64,000 bases of DNA from a candidate division CPR2 bacterium GW2011_GWC2_39_10 (lineage in GTDB: Bacteria; Patescibacteriota; CPR2). The notes under the pieces were generated by a model. The model was not told the origin of the DNA and ran no database searches. It saw nothing but the letters and a program-made list of their open reading frames with translations. The stretch spans positions 57,290 to 121,289 of the forward strand of contig LBVV01000007.1 of NCBI GenBank assembly GCA_000993275.1. The letters are read 5' to 3'. The position numbers and the translations under genes were made by a program. Below are positions 27,952 to 37,050 of this stretch, piece after piece (the stretch's first letter is position 1; each line of letters starts with the position of its first letter).

Positions 27952-28545
27952 TTAAAATAAATCCTTAATCCAAGGCTTTTCTTTTTTCAGCACCGTGTCA
28001 TCGCCGTGACCCGGCATAACTTTTGTCTCATCGTCAAGTTTGCTCAACTTTTTTAGAGATTTTAACATGTCCTCTGAATTTGAATATGGCAAATCAACCC
28101 TGCCGTAAGTCCCTTTAAATAAAGTGTCTCCTGAAAATAAATAACCATCCAATAAAAAACAAACCGACCCCTTGGTATGACCCGGCGTTTTTATTACTTC
28201 AAGGCCTTCAATGATGTCGGGCAGATCATGGTAGATAAAATCCGGCGTTGGCGGATTATCAATCCCCTGACCTATATAGCCTGCAAAAAAATTGGCGTCC
28301 CTGTATTCGTCTAAAGCCTCTTGTTGCAAGTAGATTATTATCGAACTATTATTTTCTTTTATCTTTTTTAGCCCGCCTATATGATCAAAATGACCATGGG
28401 TAAGCAAGACATAGTCTATTTTGCCGCTTATTTTTAAGATTTTCTCCGCATCTTCACCCGGATCAATAACAAGCGTTTTATTATTTTTATTGATAATATA
28501 GCAATTGGTCTTTATAGGACCGACTTTTATTGTTTTTAATTCCAT
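27952..28545 (-). CDS. MBL-fold metallo-hydrolase (glyoxalase II-like)
   Basis: 'LLTHGHFDHIGG' HxHxDH motif. 197 aa. Confidence 0.8.
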   Translation of the reverse strand: MELKTIKVGPIKTNCYIINKNNKTLVIDPGEDAEKILKISGKIDYVLLTHGHFDHIGGLKKIKENNSSIIIYLQQEALDEYRDANFFAGYIGQGIDNPPTPDFIYHDLPDIIEGLEVIKTPGHTKGSVCFLLDGYLFSGDTLFKGTYGRVDLPYSNSEDMLKSLKKLSKLDDETKVMPGHGDDTVLKKEKPWIKDLF

Positions 28546-28551
28546 GGTGTT

Positions 28552-29079
28552 TTATTTATAAAAAAATATTGAGAAAATTGCATAACAAAGACCAGGCAAG
28601 CCAATCAGTAAAAAAAATAAGAAGAAACTTTTTTTTGTTAAATAGGCCAAAATATGACTGATTGACACCCAAATGCTTAAGACAATTAAGGTAAGAAGTA
28701 TATTGAAAACGGGAGGTTGAAATTTGGACATATTGGCAATTATGATCCCCATTGCTAGAACGTTAAAAATAATAGGCAAACCATAATTAAAGCACTTATA
28801 CAGTAAGTCCTTCTTCTCTATTTCACCAAAATTAATATCTTTGGTAAATTCACCCGTTTCAATAAGCTCTGCACTTTTGCCGTAAAGCTGCTGTTCTCTT
28901 TTTTCTTCTAAACTCTGTAATTCTTCATCCATGGATTTATAATAAACCCACCAAAACATTTTGTCCAGTATGGCAAAATTTGACAAAGCGCTAATGATGT
29001 TATATAATAAGCAGGCGTTTAGGTCTTTTACAACCTGAAGGGGTGATGAACCGTTGCCAGGCGAAGGAAAACGAGACAC
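28552..29079 (-). CDS. Hypothetical membrane protein
   Basis: Several TM helices. The start is uncertain; the Met at about 28959 would avoid the overlap with the divergent ORF. Confidence 0.4.
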   Translation of the reverse strand: MSRFPSPGNGSSPLQVVKDLNACLLYNIISALSNFAILDKMFWWVYYKSMDEELQSLEEKREQQLYGKSAELIETGEFTKDINFGEIEKKDLLYKCFNYGLPIIFNVLAMGIIIANMSKFQPPVFNILLTLIVLSIWVSISHILAYLTKKSFFLFFLLIGLPGLCYAIFSIFFYK

Positions 29080-29443
29080 TGTAGTCGAGATATCAGTAAA
29101 TATTCTGGGATTTTCTACCAGAATAGTGACATCCGAGAAAACAGCGAATATGATGGTGAATAACTGCTTTGATAGCTGCGTAAAGGGGGCCTTGCGTCAA
29201 GCCAGGGAAAAAATGAAGAAAGAAAATCCCAATAGGGATATTCCTTTCCTAACCCTCTGGAACGACGATCAAAGAAATCTCAAAAAAAATGTAGAGGTTA
29301 GAATAATTGGAAAGGCAAAACGGACTACAAACAAAGAACAAACACCGGAGATAGAAGAATTGCTAGTTGATGCAAAATGCGAGCAAATAAAGCTGTTTGA
29401 TGACACACTTTTTACTACCCTGCGTATTAAAAACAGTTATTAA
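29054..29443 (+). CDS. Hypothetical protein (K/E-rich, 129 aa)
   Basis: ORF only. It lies just upstream of the lexA promoter. There is no family assignment. Confidence 0.3.
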   Translation: MPGEGKRDTVVEISVNILGFSTRIVTSEKTANMMVNNCFDSCVKGALRQAREKMKKENPNRDIPFLTLWNDDQRNLKKNVEVRIIGKAKRTTNKEQTPEIEELLVDAKCEQIKLFDDTLFTTLRIKNSY

Positions 29444-29518
29444 TCTCTTGACTTGGGTTTTAGAAATGCTAATAAAATAGCTTACTAATTTTCTAAAACC
29501 CATTTTTTTATCTTGACA

Positions 29519-29536
29519 ATAGAACGTCCGTTCTAT
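29519..29536 (+). promoter_or_regulatory. LexA (Cheo/SOS) box aTAGAACgtccGTTCTAt immediately after a TTGACA -35 element
   Basis: A perfect GAAC-N4-GTTC palindrome at 29522-29533. TTGACA is at 29513-29518 and an A/T-rich -10-like stretch follows. The true lexA start codons (29549 or 29576) lie downstream of it. Confidence 0.6.
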
Positions 29537-29548
29537 TATTATTGGGTT

Positions 29549-30127
29549 ATGAATAAAATTTACAATAAAAGGAAAATGCAACTGGCGGATTTTTTCGATA
29601 CTAATAAAAGACTGCCCACCTACTCCGAAATGACTTCCCTATTTTCCCTAAAATCAAAAAATTCCATCTTTTTTATAGTAAAAAAATTTATTGAGGACGG
29701 TTTCTTGGCAAAAGACGGATTTGGGCATCTTATCCCCGGCAATATAATTTTCGGAACTAAGATTTTGGGCACAGTGGAAGCGGGTTTTCCCTCCCCTGCC
29801 GAAGAGGAACTGGCCGACACAATTACTCTTGACGATTATTTAATAAACAAGAAGGAAGCCACTTTTATCCTTAAAGTCTCCGGGGATTCCATGATAGAAG
29901 CCGGCATAAAGCCCGGGGACCTGGTTTTAATTGAAAAAGGGAAACAAGCGCGCCACGGCGACATTGTAATTGCCGAAGTTGATAACGAATGGACCATTAA
30001 AACCTTCGAAATTCATCAAGGAAAAATCGTTCTGGTTCCGGCAAACCCCAAATATCAAATAATCAGACCTGAAGAAAGCCTAAATATTGCCGGCGTAGTG
30101 GTTGCAGTAATAAGAAAATACCACTAA
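29549..30127 (+). CDS. lexA: LexA repressor (S24 peptidase)
   Basis: N-terminal winged HTH. The C-terminus 'VSGDSMIEAGIKPGDLVLIEKGK' holds the Ser-Lys dyad and a cleavage-site-like 'VEAGFP'. The ORF track starts at 29513, inside the operator. The ATG at 29549 or 29576 (the latter with an AGGA RBS) is more plausible. Confidence 0.8.
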   Translation: MNKIYNKRKMQLADFFDTNKRLPTYSEMTSLFSLKSKNSIFFIVKKFIEDGFLAKDGFGHLIPGNIIFGTKILGTVEAGFPSPAEEELADTITLDDYLINKKEATFILKVSGDSMIEAGIKPGDLVLIEKGKQARHGDIVIAEVDNEWTIKTFEIHQGKIVLVPANPKYQIIRPEESLNIAGVVVAVIRKYH

Positions 30128-30291
30128 CACAAAATTCAAAAGGCAAAAGTTAAAAAGCAAAATTATAACTCAAAATTTAAAAATTCATAAAACAAAAAAT
30201 AAGCATTGATGCCAACCTCTTACTTTTAAATTTTACCCTGAACTTTTGAATTTTGGATTTTAAACCTTAACTTTTAATCGGAGATTAACAC

Positions 30292-31605
30292 GTGTCTTGG
30301 AATGCTCATGAATGTCATCAATCTTCCTCCATTATCCACCTAGATGCCGATGCCTTCTTTGCTTCTTGCGAACAGGCGATTCATCCGGAATACAAAGGAA
30401 GGCCGGTTATTACCGGCAAAGAAAGAGGCATAGTAGCCGCCGCCAGCTATGAAGCCAAAAGAATGGGCATTGATAGAGGCGTGACCCTGATTGAAGCAAA
30501 AAAAATTTGCCCCAATGCCATTATTGTTCCCTCCGATTATGAGACCTACAGCCTTTTCTCAAAACGCATATTTACCATTATGCGGCGCTTTACGCCTTCT
30601 ATAGAAGAATATTCAATAGATGAAGCCTTTGCCGACATTTCAGGCCTTAGAAGGCCCCTAAATATGTCTTACTCCCAAATTGCTCTTAGGATGAAGCAAG
30701 AAATTGAGAAAGAGCTGGGCATAACGGTCTCTGTAGGCCTTGCGCCAAATAAGGTTCTAGCTAAAATTGGCTCCAAATGGAAAAAACCTTCCGGCTTAAC
30801 AATTATTGAAGCTCAAGATATCCCGCTATTTTTAGAAAAGACTCTTTTAAATAAAGTTTGGGGCATAGGACCCCAAACAACCGGACATTTAAACAAATAT
30901 AACGTTAGAACTGCTTTAGATTTTTCAAAATTAAACGAAAACTGGGTTTTAAAAAATTTAACCAAACCGCACAGGGAAATATGGAAAGAACTTGGAGGGG
31001 AAAAAGTCTACCCTGTTCAGCCTCAGGAAAAGAATGACTATGCCTCTATCAGTAAATTTAAAACCTTCACTCCCCCGACTAAAAATAAGAATTTTATTTT
31101 TTCCCAACTCTCAAAAAACTTGGAAAATGCTTTCATAAAAGCTAGACGTCATAATTTAGCCGCTCAAAAAATTAGCGTTGTTTTAAAAACTCAAGCATTT
31201 ACTCTTACGGGTACCGAAGGTAAATTAAACCATGCCACCCCTTTTCCCAACGAGGCTATCCCCTTAGTCAAAAATATGTTTGAACAAACATTTTGTTCAA
31301 GTACTTTTTATCGCTCTACCGGCATAATCCTTTCCGGCCTAAAGGAATCAAAGGATACTCAGCTTACTCTTTTTGAAAGTCCCCTAAAATTTGAGAATAA
31401 TATAAAACTCTATCAGTCAATTGACGAACTGTCCTCTCGCTTTGGCAAACATTCCGTATTTTTAGGATCAAGTTTTTGGGCTAACAGTCAAAAATCCCAC
31501 TTAAGCGAGCGCGGGGATATTCCCGCCACCCAAAAACTAAGAGCGGGTCAAATTAATGAAAGAAAATTTTTAAACTTACCAACGTTGTTATACAAAATAG
31601 ACTAA
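30292..31605 (+). CDS. dinB: DNA polymerase IV (Y-family, DinB)
   Basis: 'IIHLDADAFFASCEQ' and 'ERGIVAAASYEAKRMGI' (UmuC/ImpB family). GTG start with a GGAGA RBS. Located downstream of lexA. Confidence 0.85.
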   Translation: MSWNAHECHQSSSIIHLDADAFFASCEQAIHPEYKGRPVITGKERGIVAAASYEAKRMGIDRGVTLIEAKKICPNAIIVPSDYETYSLFSKRIFTIMRRFTPSIEEYSIDEAFADISGLRRPLNMSYSQIALRMKQEIEKELGITVSVGLAPNKVLAKIGSKWKKPSGLTIIEAQDIPLFLEKTLLNKVWGIGPQTTGHLNKYNVRTALDFSKLNENWVLKNLTKPHREIWKELGGEKVYPVQPQEKNDYASISKFKTFTPPTKNKNFIFSQLSKNLENAFIKARRHNLAAQKISVVLKTQAFTLTGTEGKLNHATPFPNEAIPLVKNMFEQTFCSSTFYRSTGIILSGLKESKDTQLTLFESPLKFENNIKLYQSIDELSSRFGKHSVFLGSSFWANSQKSHLSERGDIPATQKLRAGQINERKFLNLPTLLYKID

Positions 31606-31638
31606 AAAAACGCCCAGATGCATATTTGCGTCTGGGCG
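31604..31638 (-). terminator. Hairpin terminator between dinB and the convergent NTase gene
   Basis: Stem cgcccaga / tctgggcg. A T-run follows on the minus strand and an A-run on the plus strand. Confidence 0.5.
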
Positions 31639-31659
31639 AAATTCAACCTTTGTTATGAA

Positions 31660-32535
31660 CTAGCCATCATGAATGGGTGTTGGCCAGAGATGTTGTGCTG
31701 TTTTTATAAGAAAGTCCATGGCTAGAGGTAAAAGTACCACATATCTATTCAACAAGTAATTTCGATAATCACCCCTATCTTCCTTGCTAAGCATATTCTT
31801 TGCCAAAAGTTCATCAAGATAATCACTATATTCGCGAGAAAGCTGATGAGCAGTATCGATCATCTTGTAAAGATCTTCTGAAAACTCCTTAAAAAGATCT
31901 TTCGACTGAACACTATAGTCATCAGCTAAGCCCATGTTTTCCTGGATTAAAGAGCCGATTTTCCTGGCACCATAAGAAAAAACATCATTTGCTTTCCCTA
32001 AGGCTTCTAAAAAGTCGGAATTATTTTCAACAGGCTCAAGGAGATATCGAGGATTACCAATGTATTTTTGAATGCTCATGATTTTTCTAGTAATCCAGCG
32101 CCTAACATCTTCTTCAACCGTATCAACAATAATAAGATAACCCGGAAATTCACCAATAAAGTCGCCTTTAAAAAGACAGATGTGGTTCCAATAACCAGGG
32201 CTAATAGCATTAACCCTAGAAACACATATCTCCCTGCATGGAACATACGGATCTATTTCGATGTTATATTTATCGAGTATATCCCCTGCCACCTTACCAA
32301 TCTCAACGATTGCCTCAACACGCCTTCCTTTCGAAGCAATCACGAAAAGATCAACATCTGATCTTCTGGATGAATCACCTCTTGCTACAGAGCCATAAAT
32401 AACACCAAAAGAAATCAAGTCTCCTGACAACATTTCAGCGAGTTTTAGTCTAATTTCTGTAGCAGCCTGCTGAAAATGATGCTTTTCCGGTACGTTTCCC
32501 CTTGCTATATCATTAAAATTTAAATACCGTGCCAC
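31660..32535 (-). CDS. Nucleotidyltransferase-domain protein (Pol-beta superfamily minimal NTase plus helical C-terminal domain)
   Basis: 'YGSVARGDSSRRSDVDLFVI' matches the GS-x9-13-DxD NTase motif. 291 aa. The substrate is unknown. Confidence 0.55.
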   Translation of the reverse strand: MARYLNFNDIARGNVPEKHHFQQAATEIRLKLAEMLSGDLISFGVIYGSVARGDSSRRSDVDLFVIASKGRRVEAIVEIGKVAGDILDKYNIEIDPYVPCREICVSRVNAISPGYWNHICLFKGDFIGEFPGYLIIVDTVEEDVRRWITRKIMSIQKYIGNPRYLLEPVENNSDFLEALGKANDVFSYGARKIGSLIQENMGLADDYSVQSKDLFKEFSEDLYKMIDTAHQLSREYSDYLDELLAKNMLSKEDRGDYRNYLLNRYVVLLPLAMDFLIKTAQHLWPTPIHDG

Positions 32536-32651
32536 AAATAACCACCACCCTCTTATCGTAAATTTTTAATTGATTGCTTGCCGAAACAGTGACTTGTGAT
32601 TATATCATCTATTAACCAATAATCAAACAAAAAAACCAGAGACCTTTGAAA

Positions 32652-32749
32652 AACGTTTTTTTGGAGGAACGAAGCAATCTCCTTACGCTCGAAACAAGAT
32701 TGCCGCGCTCTCCGGCGGCTGCCGGATCGCTCCGAGTGACGTTTTTGGG
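32652..32749 (+). repeat. GC-rich hairpin repeat, family 2, copy 1
   Basis: An ~80-bp core 'aacgaagcaatctcc...gaaacaagattgccgc.ctctccggcggctgccggatcg..tgacg' is about 90% identical to 33515..33590. It has internal inverted repeats gcaatct/agattgc and ccggcgg/ctgccgg. Confidence 0.55.
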
Positions 32750-32786
32750 GAGTTTTGTAGGCAGACTCAACCAAGAAAAGCTCGGA

Positions 32787-33446
32787 TTATTCCGAGCTTA
32801 AGGTTATTTCTAGATGGTTTTCCAGGTCATTTTTAAGCTGAACAAAATCTGTATACAGAATTCCTTGCATTCCTATCGCTTCTGCTCCTTCTATGTTTTC
32901 TATCCGATCGTCGATCATAACGGCATGTTCCGGAAAAACCTGAAGTTTGCATAGCATCATTTCGTAAATCTGCCGCTCCGGCTTGACAGAACCAACGTCA
33001 CAGGAAAATACCAACTCATCAAATGCAAGCGGCATATTATGCCTTAAATATTTGACAGCCGCAACGTCAATATTTGATAGTAGCCCGAGTGAATAATCTT
33101 GAGCCATAAGCTCTTCCAATAACTTGAACATATTTAGTCTCATCCGAAATACCTGATCATAAATCATGGGCCATATATGTCTTTTGCTATCTATTGTAAT
33201 TCCAAAATGTGTTTCTGCGGCCTCTAAAATATCAATATCGTTGATTATCCCCCGCATCTGATAATCCTCTTTTTCTTTAAAGAATTTGACTAATTCAGCC
33301 TTATTCAATGAAAACATTTCAGTAAAAATTGATAGCACCCCCGATACCGTATGATCTACTAAAACCCCGCCTAAATCAAAAACCACAGCCTTAATTTTTG
33401 GCAATTTAAAAACCTCCCCTTTTTTAATGTACATTTTAGTTTTCAC
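32787..33446 (-). CDS. HAD-family hydrolase
   Basis: Motif I 'VVFDLGGVLVD'. 219 aa. Confidence 0.8.
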   Translation of the reverse strand: MKTKMYIKKGEVFKLPKIKAVVFDLGGVLVDHTVSGVLSIFTEMFSLNKAELVKFFKEKEDYQMRGIINDIDILEAAETHFGITIDSKRHIWPMIYDQVFRMRLNMFKLLEELMAQDYSLGLLSNIDVAAVKYLRHNMPLAFDELVFSCDVGSVKPERQIYEMMLCKLQVFPEHAVMIDDRIENIEGAEAIGMQGILYTDFVQLKNDLENHLEITLSSE

Positions 33447-33469
33447 ATTTTAACCCAGAAAAAGAAAAA

Positions 33470-34378
33470 TTAAAAGCATTTTAAGGTAACTTGCTCACAA
33501 CTCTCGCGTCTTTGCGAGTGAAACGAAGCAATCTCCTCTGCTTGAAACAAGATTGCCGCACTCTCCGGCGGCTGCCGGATCGTTCGCAATGACGATTGTG
33601 AGCATCCCAAGGTAGTGGCAATAATTGTTGTTAGAACAAAGACCAAAATAGCAATGCTATCAATTTTGTAATTTAAAAGCGCTCCTGAGGCGTTAAAATA
33701 GTGAAAAAATGATAGATATTTTAAATCGTCCAAATTACTTTTAAGGCCAGAGAGAATATTTAAAACATACATCGCAATTAAAACCCCTCCGGTCATAAAA
33801 TTTGCTTTGCCCTTGTCGGACGCAAAGGATGAACAAAGCATAGCCAAACCATAAATGGCAATTCCAAAAAGAACTCCCAGAATAGTCATATAAATATAGC
33901 CCTTGGCAACGTAATGCACATTAAATATAGCGGCGATAGGAATTGAGGCAAAAATTGATGTTGTAACAAAGAGGACAATGGCGCCAAGTCCGCCCAAATA
34001 TTTACCGAAGTAAATTTTTAGTCTGGATATTGGCTGCGAGAGCACAACTTCCATGGTTCCCTTTTCTATTTCTCCGGCGATAGAGTTGCCGGCAAAAGAT
34101 AATGCAAGAAAAATTAAAACCAGCGGCCAAACAAAGCCGAAATGCTCGGTAGACAAATATCCCTCCAAAGACAAAAATGCCTGGGCAATATCCTCTATCC
34201 CGAAAGCTTTTAAAAAGCCTTGCGGATAATTTTTCATTATTTCAACCAATTGCTTGCCGGAAGACGCAAAAGAAGGATAGATGGGAATGTACATCAGAAG
34301 AAAAGCAATACCCGAAACAATATAAGCAATTATGGCCGTTCGTTTATTCTTAATTGTTCTTAAAAAAATTGGAAACAT
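33470..34378 (-). CDS. ABC-2 type transporter permease (3' end altered by the repeat insertion)
   Basis: Six TM helices. It lies downstream of the ABC ATPase with a 3-nt gap. The C-terminal 40 aa are encoded by repeat family 2. Confidence 0.65.
   Translation of the reverse strand: MFPIFLRTIKNKRTAIIAYIVSGIAFLLMYIPIYPSFASSGKQLVEIMKNYPQGFLKAFGIEDIAQAFLSLEGYLSTEHFGFVWPLVLIFLALSFAGNSIAGEIEKGTMEVVLSQPISRLKIYFGKYLGGLGAIVLFVTTSIFASIPIAAIFNVHYVAKGYIYMTILGVLFGIAIYGLAMLCSSFASDKGKANFMTGGVLIAMYVLNILSGLKSNLDDLKYLSFFHYFNASGALLNYKIDSIAILVFVLTTIIATTLGCSQSSLRTIRQPPESAAILFQAEEIASFHSQRRESCEQVTLKCF
33491..33605 (+). repeat. GC-rich hairpin repeat, family 2, copy 2, with 10-bp TIRs ttgctcacaa / ttgtgagcaT
   Basis: Same core as copy 1. 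It overlaps the 3' end of the ABC-2 permease ORF and supplies its last ~40 codons. Confidence 0.55.
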
Positions 34379-34380
34379 TT

Positions 34381-35256
34381 TTATCTCTCGTAATAAGCCA
34401 TGAAAATATCTTCAAGTGAAGCATGGCTTACTTCTAAATCCTTAAGTTTATAATTATGCATTTTGCTGATTACCGGATTTATGTCGCCTTTAATTCTTAA
34501 GGTTAGACTGCCTGCAGATTCTTTGAAAACCTCTACGCCCGAGAGATCAAAGTCTGCCATACTCACCTTACTGTCAAAAGTGGCTTTAACGACGTGGATT
34601 TTTTTGCTTCGCAGTTCTTCTACGCTTTCCTCCGCAATAATTTTTCCTTGTTTTATAATGCCGACTCGACTGCATATTTTTTGGACTTCATGTAAATTAT
34701 GGCTGGACATAAAAACAGTCGATCCTTCTCTTGCAAAATTTAATATATAATCATAAACGGTATTTTGAAGCAATGGATCCAAGGCAGTTGTTGGCTCGTC
34801 AAGAATTAGCATTTCCGGCTCGCTTAAAAAAGCCATAATTATTCCCAGCTTCTGCTTGCCGCCGGAAGATAATTTTTTGGCTTTTACCTTCGGGTCAAAA
34901 TCGAAATCTTTAATAAGTTTTGATAAAATTTTAGACTTTCCCCTCATAGACTCTATGAACCGGAAATGTTCTTGTCCCGTCCAGTTTTCGTAAATACGAA
35001 CATCCCCGGACAAATATCCGGTTTTAGCTTTAATTTGCACCGAATCTAAGTGGCTATCCAAGTTAAAGGCGGCAATTTTTCCAAAAGAAGGGCGAATAAA
35101 ATCCATTATGCAGCGGATTGTTGTTGTCTTTCCGGCTCCATTTGGACCTAAAAACCCAAAAATTTCTCCCTTTTCCACGCTAAGATTAATGCCATCAACG
35201 GCCTTTGTTTCGCCATAATACTTGCCTAAATTTTGAACGGATAATACTTGTGTCAT
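34381..35256 (-). CDS. ABC transporter ATP-binding protein
   Basis: Walker A 'GPNGAGKTT', signature 'LSGGKQKL', Walker B 'ILDEPTTALD'. The start at 35256 (MTQVLSVQNLGKYYG) is preferred over the longer track ORF. Confidence 0.85.
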   Translation of the reverse strand: MTQVLSVQNLGKYYGETKAVDGINLSVEKGEIFGFLGPNGAGKTTTIRCIMDFIRPSFGKIAAFNLDSHLDSVQIKAKTGYLSGDVRIYENWTGQEHFRFIESMRGKSKILSKLIKDFDFDPKVKAKKLSSGGKQKLGIIMAFLSEPEMLILDEPTTALDPLLQNTVYDYILNFAREGSTVFMSSHNLHEVQKICSRVGIIKQGKIIAEESVEELRSKKIHVVKATFDSKVSMADFDLSGVEVFKESAGSLTLRIKGDINPVISKMHNYKLKDLEVSHASLEDIFMAYYER

Positions 35257-35309
35257 CCTATTTATATTAAGATCAAATTCTAACAGTGTCAATTTAAATG
35301 TGTTTATGC

Positions 35310-35338
35310 TTAACAAATGTAATTTTTAATGCTATAAT
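35310..35338 (+). promoter_or_regulatory. Near-consensus promoter TTAACA-N17-TATAAT upstream of the 35381 ORF
   Basis: -35 at 35310-35315 and -10 at 35333-35338. The spacer resembles that of the 9721 promoter (..tgcTATAATt). Confidence 0.5.
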
Positions 35339-35380
35339 TACGAATCGAAAAATTTACGGTTCCTTAAAAATCTAGAAAGG

Positions 35381-35722
35381 GTGATAAGAATGGCAAACGG
35401 TGATAAAAGCGTATTTGCACACACATATAAATATCTACTAGAGAAATCTTTTCCAAATATTCTTCATGCTACTATCTTTGCTTGCGGAATTGACAGAAAG
35501 CCCACTATAGACATAGGAGGCCTGGTACGAATAAGTACGGAGGATTATCTAAGCGTAGCCACGATACTCTTACTTGCAAACAGTTTGGCAGAAGATGATC
35601 CGCGTATCGCGTTTATAGATTTGGTCAAACAATCGAAAATAGTTGAGCTGAACGGCCAAAGATATATCGACATCCCAAGTTTGGACAAAAAAAGGAACCG
35701 TTCTTCAAAGCCGTCTAAATAA
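35381..35722 (+). CDS. Hypothetical protein
   Basis: 113-aa ORF with a GGGTGA RBS, followed by a hairpin terminator. No family assignment. Confidence 0.45.
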   Translation: MIRMANGDKSVFAHTYKYLLEKSFPNILHATIFACGIDRKPTIDIGGLVRISTEDYLSVATILLLANSLAEDDPRIAFIDLVKQSKIVELNGQRYIDIPSLDKKRNRSSKPSK

Positions 35723-35748
35723 AACTAGACGGCCTTTTTATTTTTAAA
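35710..35748 (+). terminator. Rho-independent terminator
   Basis: Stem gccgtcta / tagacggc followed by cttttta ttttt. Confidence 0.6.
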
Positions 35749-35761
35749 ACCACGGCATTTA

Positions 35762-35801
35762 TAATAAAAAAGCCTCAATAGCGATAATTCACTATTGAGG
35801 C
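35762..35801 (-). terminator. Rho-independent terminator for the minus-strand gene 35824..36318
   Basis: A 9-bp stem (gcctcaata / tattgaggc), with a T-run on the minus strand. Confidence 0.55.
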
Positions 35802-35823
35802 TAAGCCCCTTGATCATAACTCC

Positions 35824-36318
35824 TTAATCCTTAAGATATTTCAGAAGTTGGCTTTTGTATGGCCGAAGGTCATTGGCAAGTTCTTTAAGCACCTCCTGAA
35901 ACTCATCAGGATAATAAGCCATAAAGCTTATATCGTCGTTTTCCTCAAAAATAGGAGCGTTTATCTCAATAAATTGAGGTGCGCGGGGAAGCCTAAGGAC
36001 AATATTGTAATCATGGGTTATATAAGTGTCAGGATCCTCAGAAAGTACCAGTTCGTTTAACCAAACAGCCACCCGACCATCTTTTAGGATACCGGCGCTT
36101 GTCGAAGGGTAGTTCTTGGCACTGATTGCCCCAGCAATTTTCGGGTCTGTCTCCTTGGCGTTTCGGATATCCTGAAGCGCCTTTTCTATGTCTGATATTA
36201 ATACTTTTGACAGATTTACATACTGAATGGCATACATATCTTTCTCTTCTAGTTCTGCTTCTCCAAGAATCTCATAAAGCCCTGTCTTAATCCTCATTGC
36301 GTCTCCCTTCTTCTCCAA
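35824..36318 (-). CDS. Hypothetical protein
   Basis: 164-aa soluble ORF. It is preceded by a TATAAT -10 and the palindrome GTACACAC-CTG-GTGTGTAC. Confidence 0.45.
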   Translation of the reverse strand: MEKKGDAMRIKTGLYEILGEAELEEKDMYAIQYVNLSKVLISDIEKALQDIRNAKETDPKIAGAISAKNYPSTSAGILKDGRVAVWLNELVLSEDPDTYITHDYNIVLRLPRAPQFIEINAPIFEENDDISFMAYYPDEFQEVLKELANDLRPYKSQLLKYLKD

Positions 36319-36463
36319 ACAGATTTATTTTCATGTCAAGTAGCCTAAAAGTTGACCAATTATAGCAATATATTGTACACACCTGGTGTGTACTGAGTAT
36401 GCACGTCTGGAAAAATAAGGCTGTTCCTTATGTTATCTATCAGTCGTCACTTGGTCCGCAAAG

Positions 36464-36907
36464 TTACTTTGCTGTCCCCAAAACCTTTTCGGTCTCTTTA
36501 ATCTCGACATAAAGAGTGTCAATACTATCCTCGAAGAGTTTTCCCGAGTGAAGTATAATCTCTTTGCCGTTTCCCAAATGATGGTTATCTTGGGATTTAA
36601 TTACAAAGAGTTTATTTGGATATCCATAGATCGTGTAAGCGATAATTTTGTCGCCCTGCTTAGTCTGCACTTTGTACGGGATAGCAATCCAGTTGATCTT
36701 TAAATCACCTTTTTCTTCCGCCATATCTTTACCTATGACACGCTTGATTGTCTGATGACTTTCTTCATCGATGGCTATCCGGCTTGGCGAACTAAGAACG
36801 AAGGCCACAATGATAACACAAGTACAAATGCCGAATGCGGCAATTATCCACCCCACGGTTGGATCAAAGTAGTAATTAAAAGAGCCGCCTTTACTTTCTT
36901 TAGACAC
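36464..36907 (-). CDS. Hypothetical membrane-anchored protein
   Basis: 147 aa with an N-terminal TM helix ('GWIIAAFGICTCVIIVAFVL') and a beta-rich extracytoplasmic domain. Confidence 0.45.
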   Translation of the reverse strand: MSKESKGGSFNYYFDPTVGWIIAAFGICTCVIIVAFVLSSPSRIAIDEESHQTIKRVIGKDMAEEKGDLKINWIAIPYKVQTKQGDKIIAYTIYGYPNKLFVIKSQDNHHLGNGKEIILHSGKLFEDSIDTLYVEIKETEKVLGTAK

Positions 36908-37050
36908 CTTGCATCACACTCCTTAATAGAATTAAAATATCTATTATTAATAGCACTAGGCTAGTATTCAATTTAAAAGTTGCGGGTATTAATTGCTCGA
37001 TTTTGGATTATAACAGAAATATGCCAAATTTCTAGTATAAAGTCTTATCT

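Noticed and set aside
32553-32774. 73-aa Arg/Ser-rich minus-strand ORF
   Set aside because: It coincides with repeat-family-2 copy 1. It has GC-rich atypical composition, no RBS and a highly basic low-complexity product.
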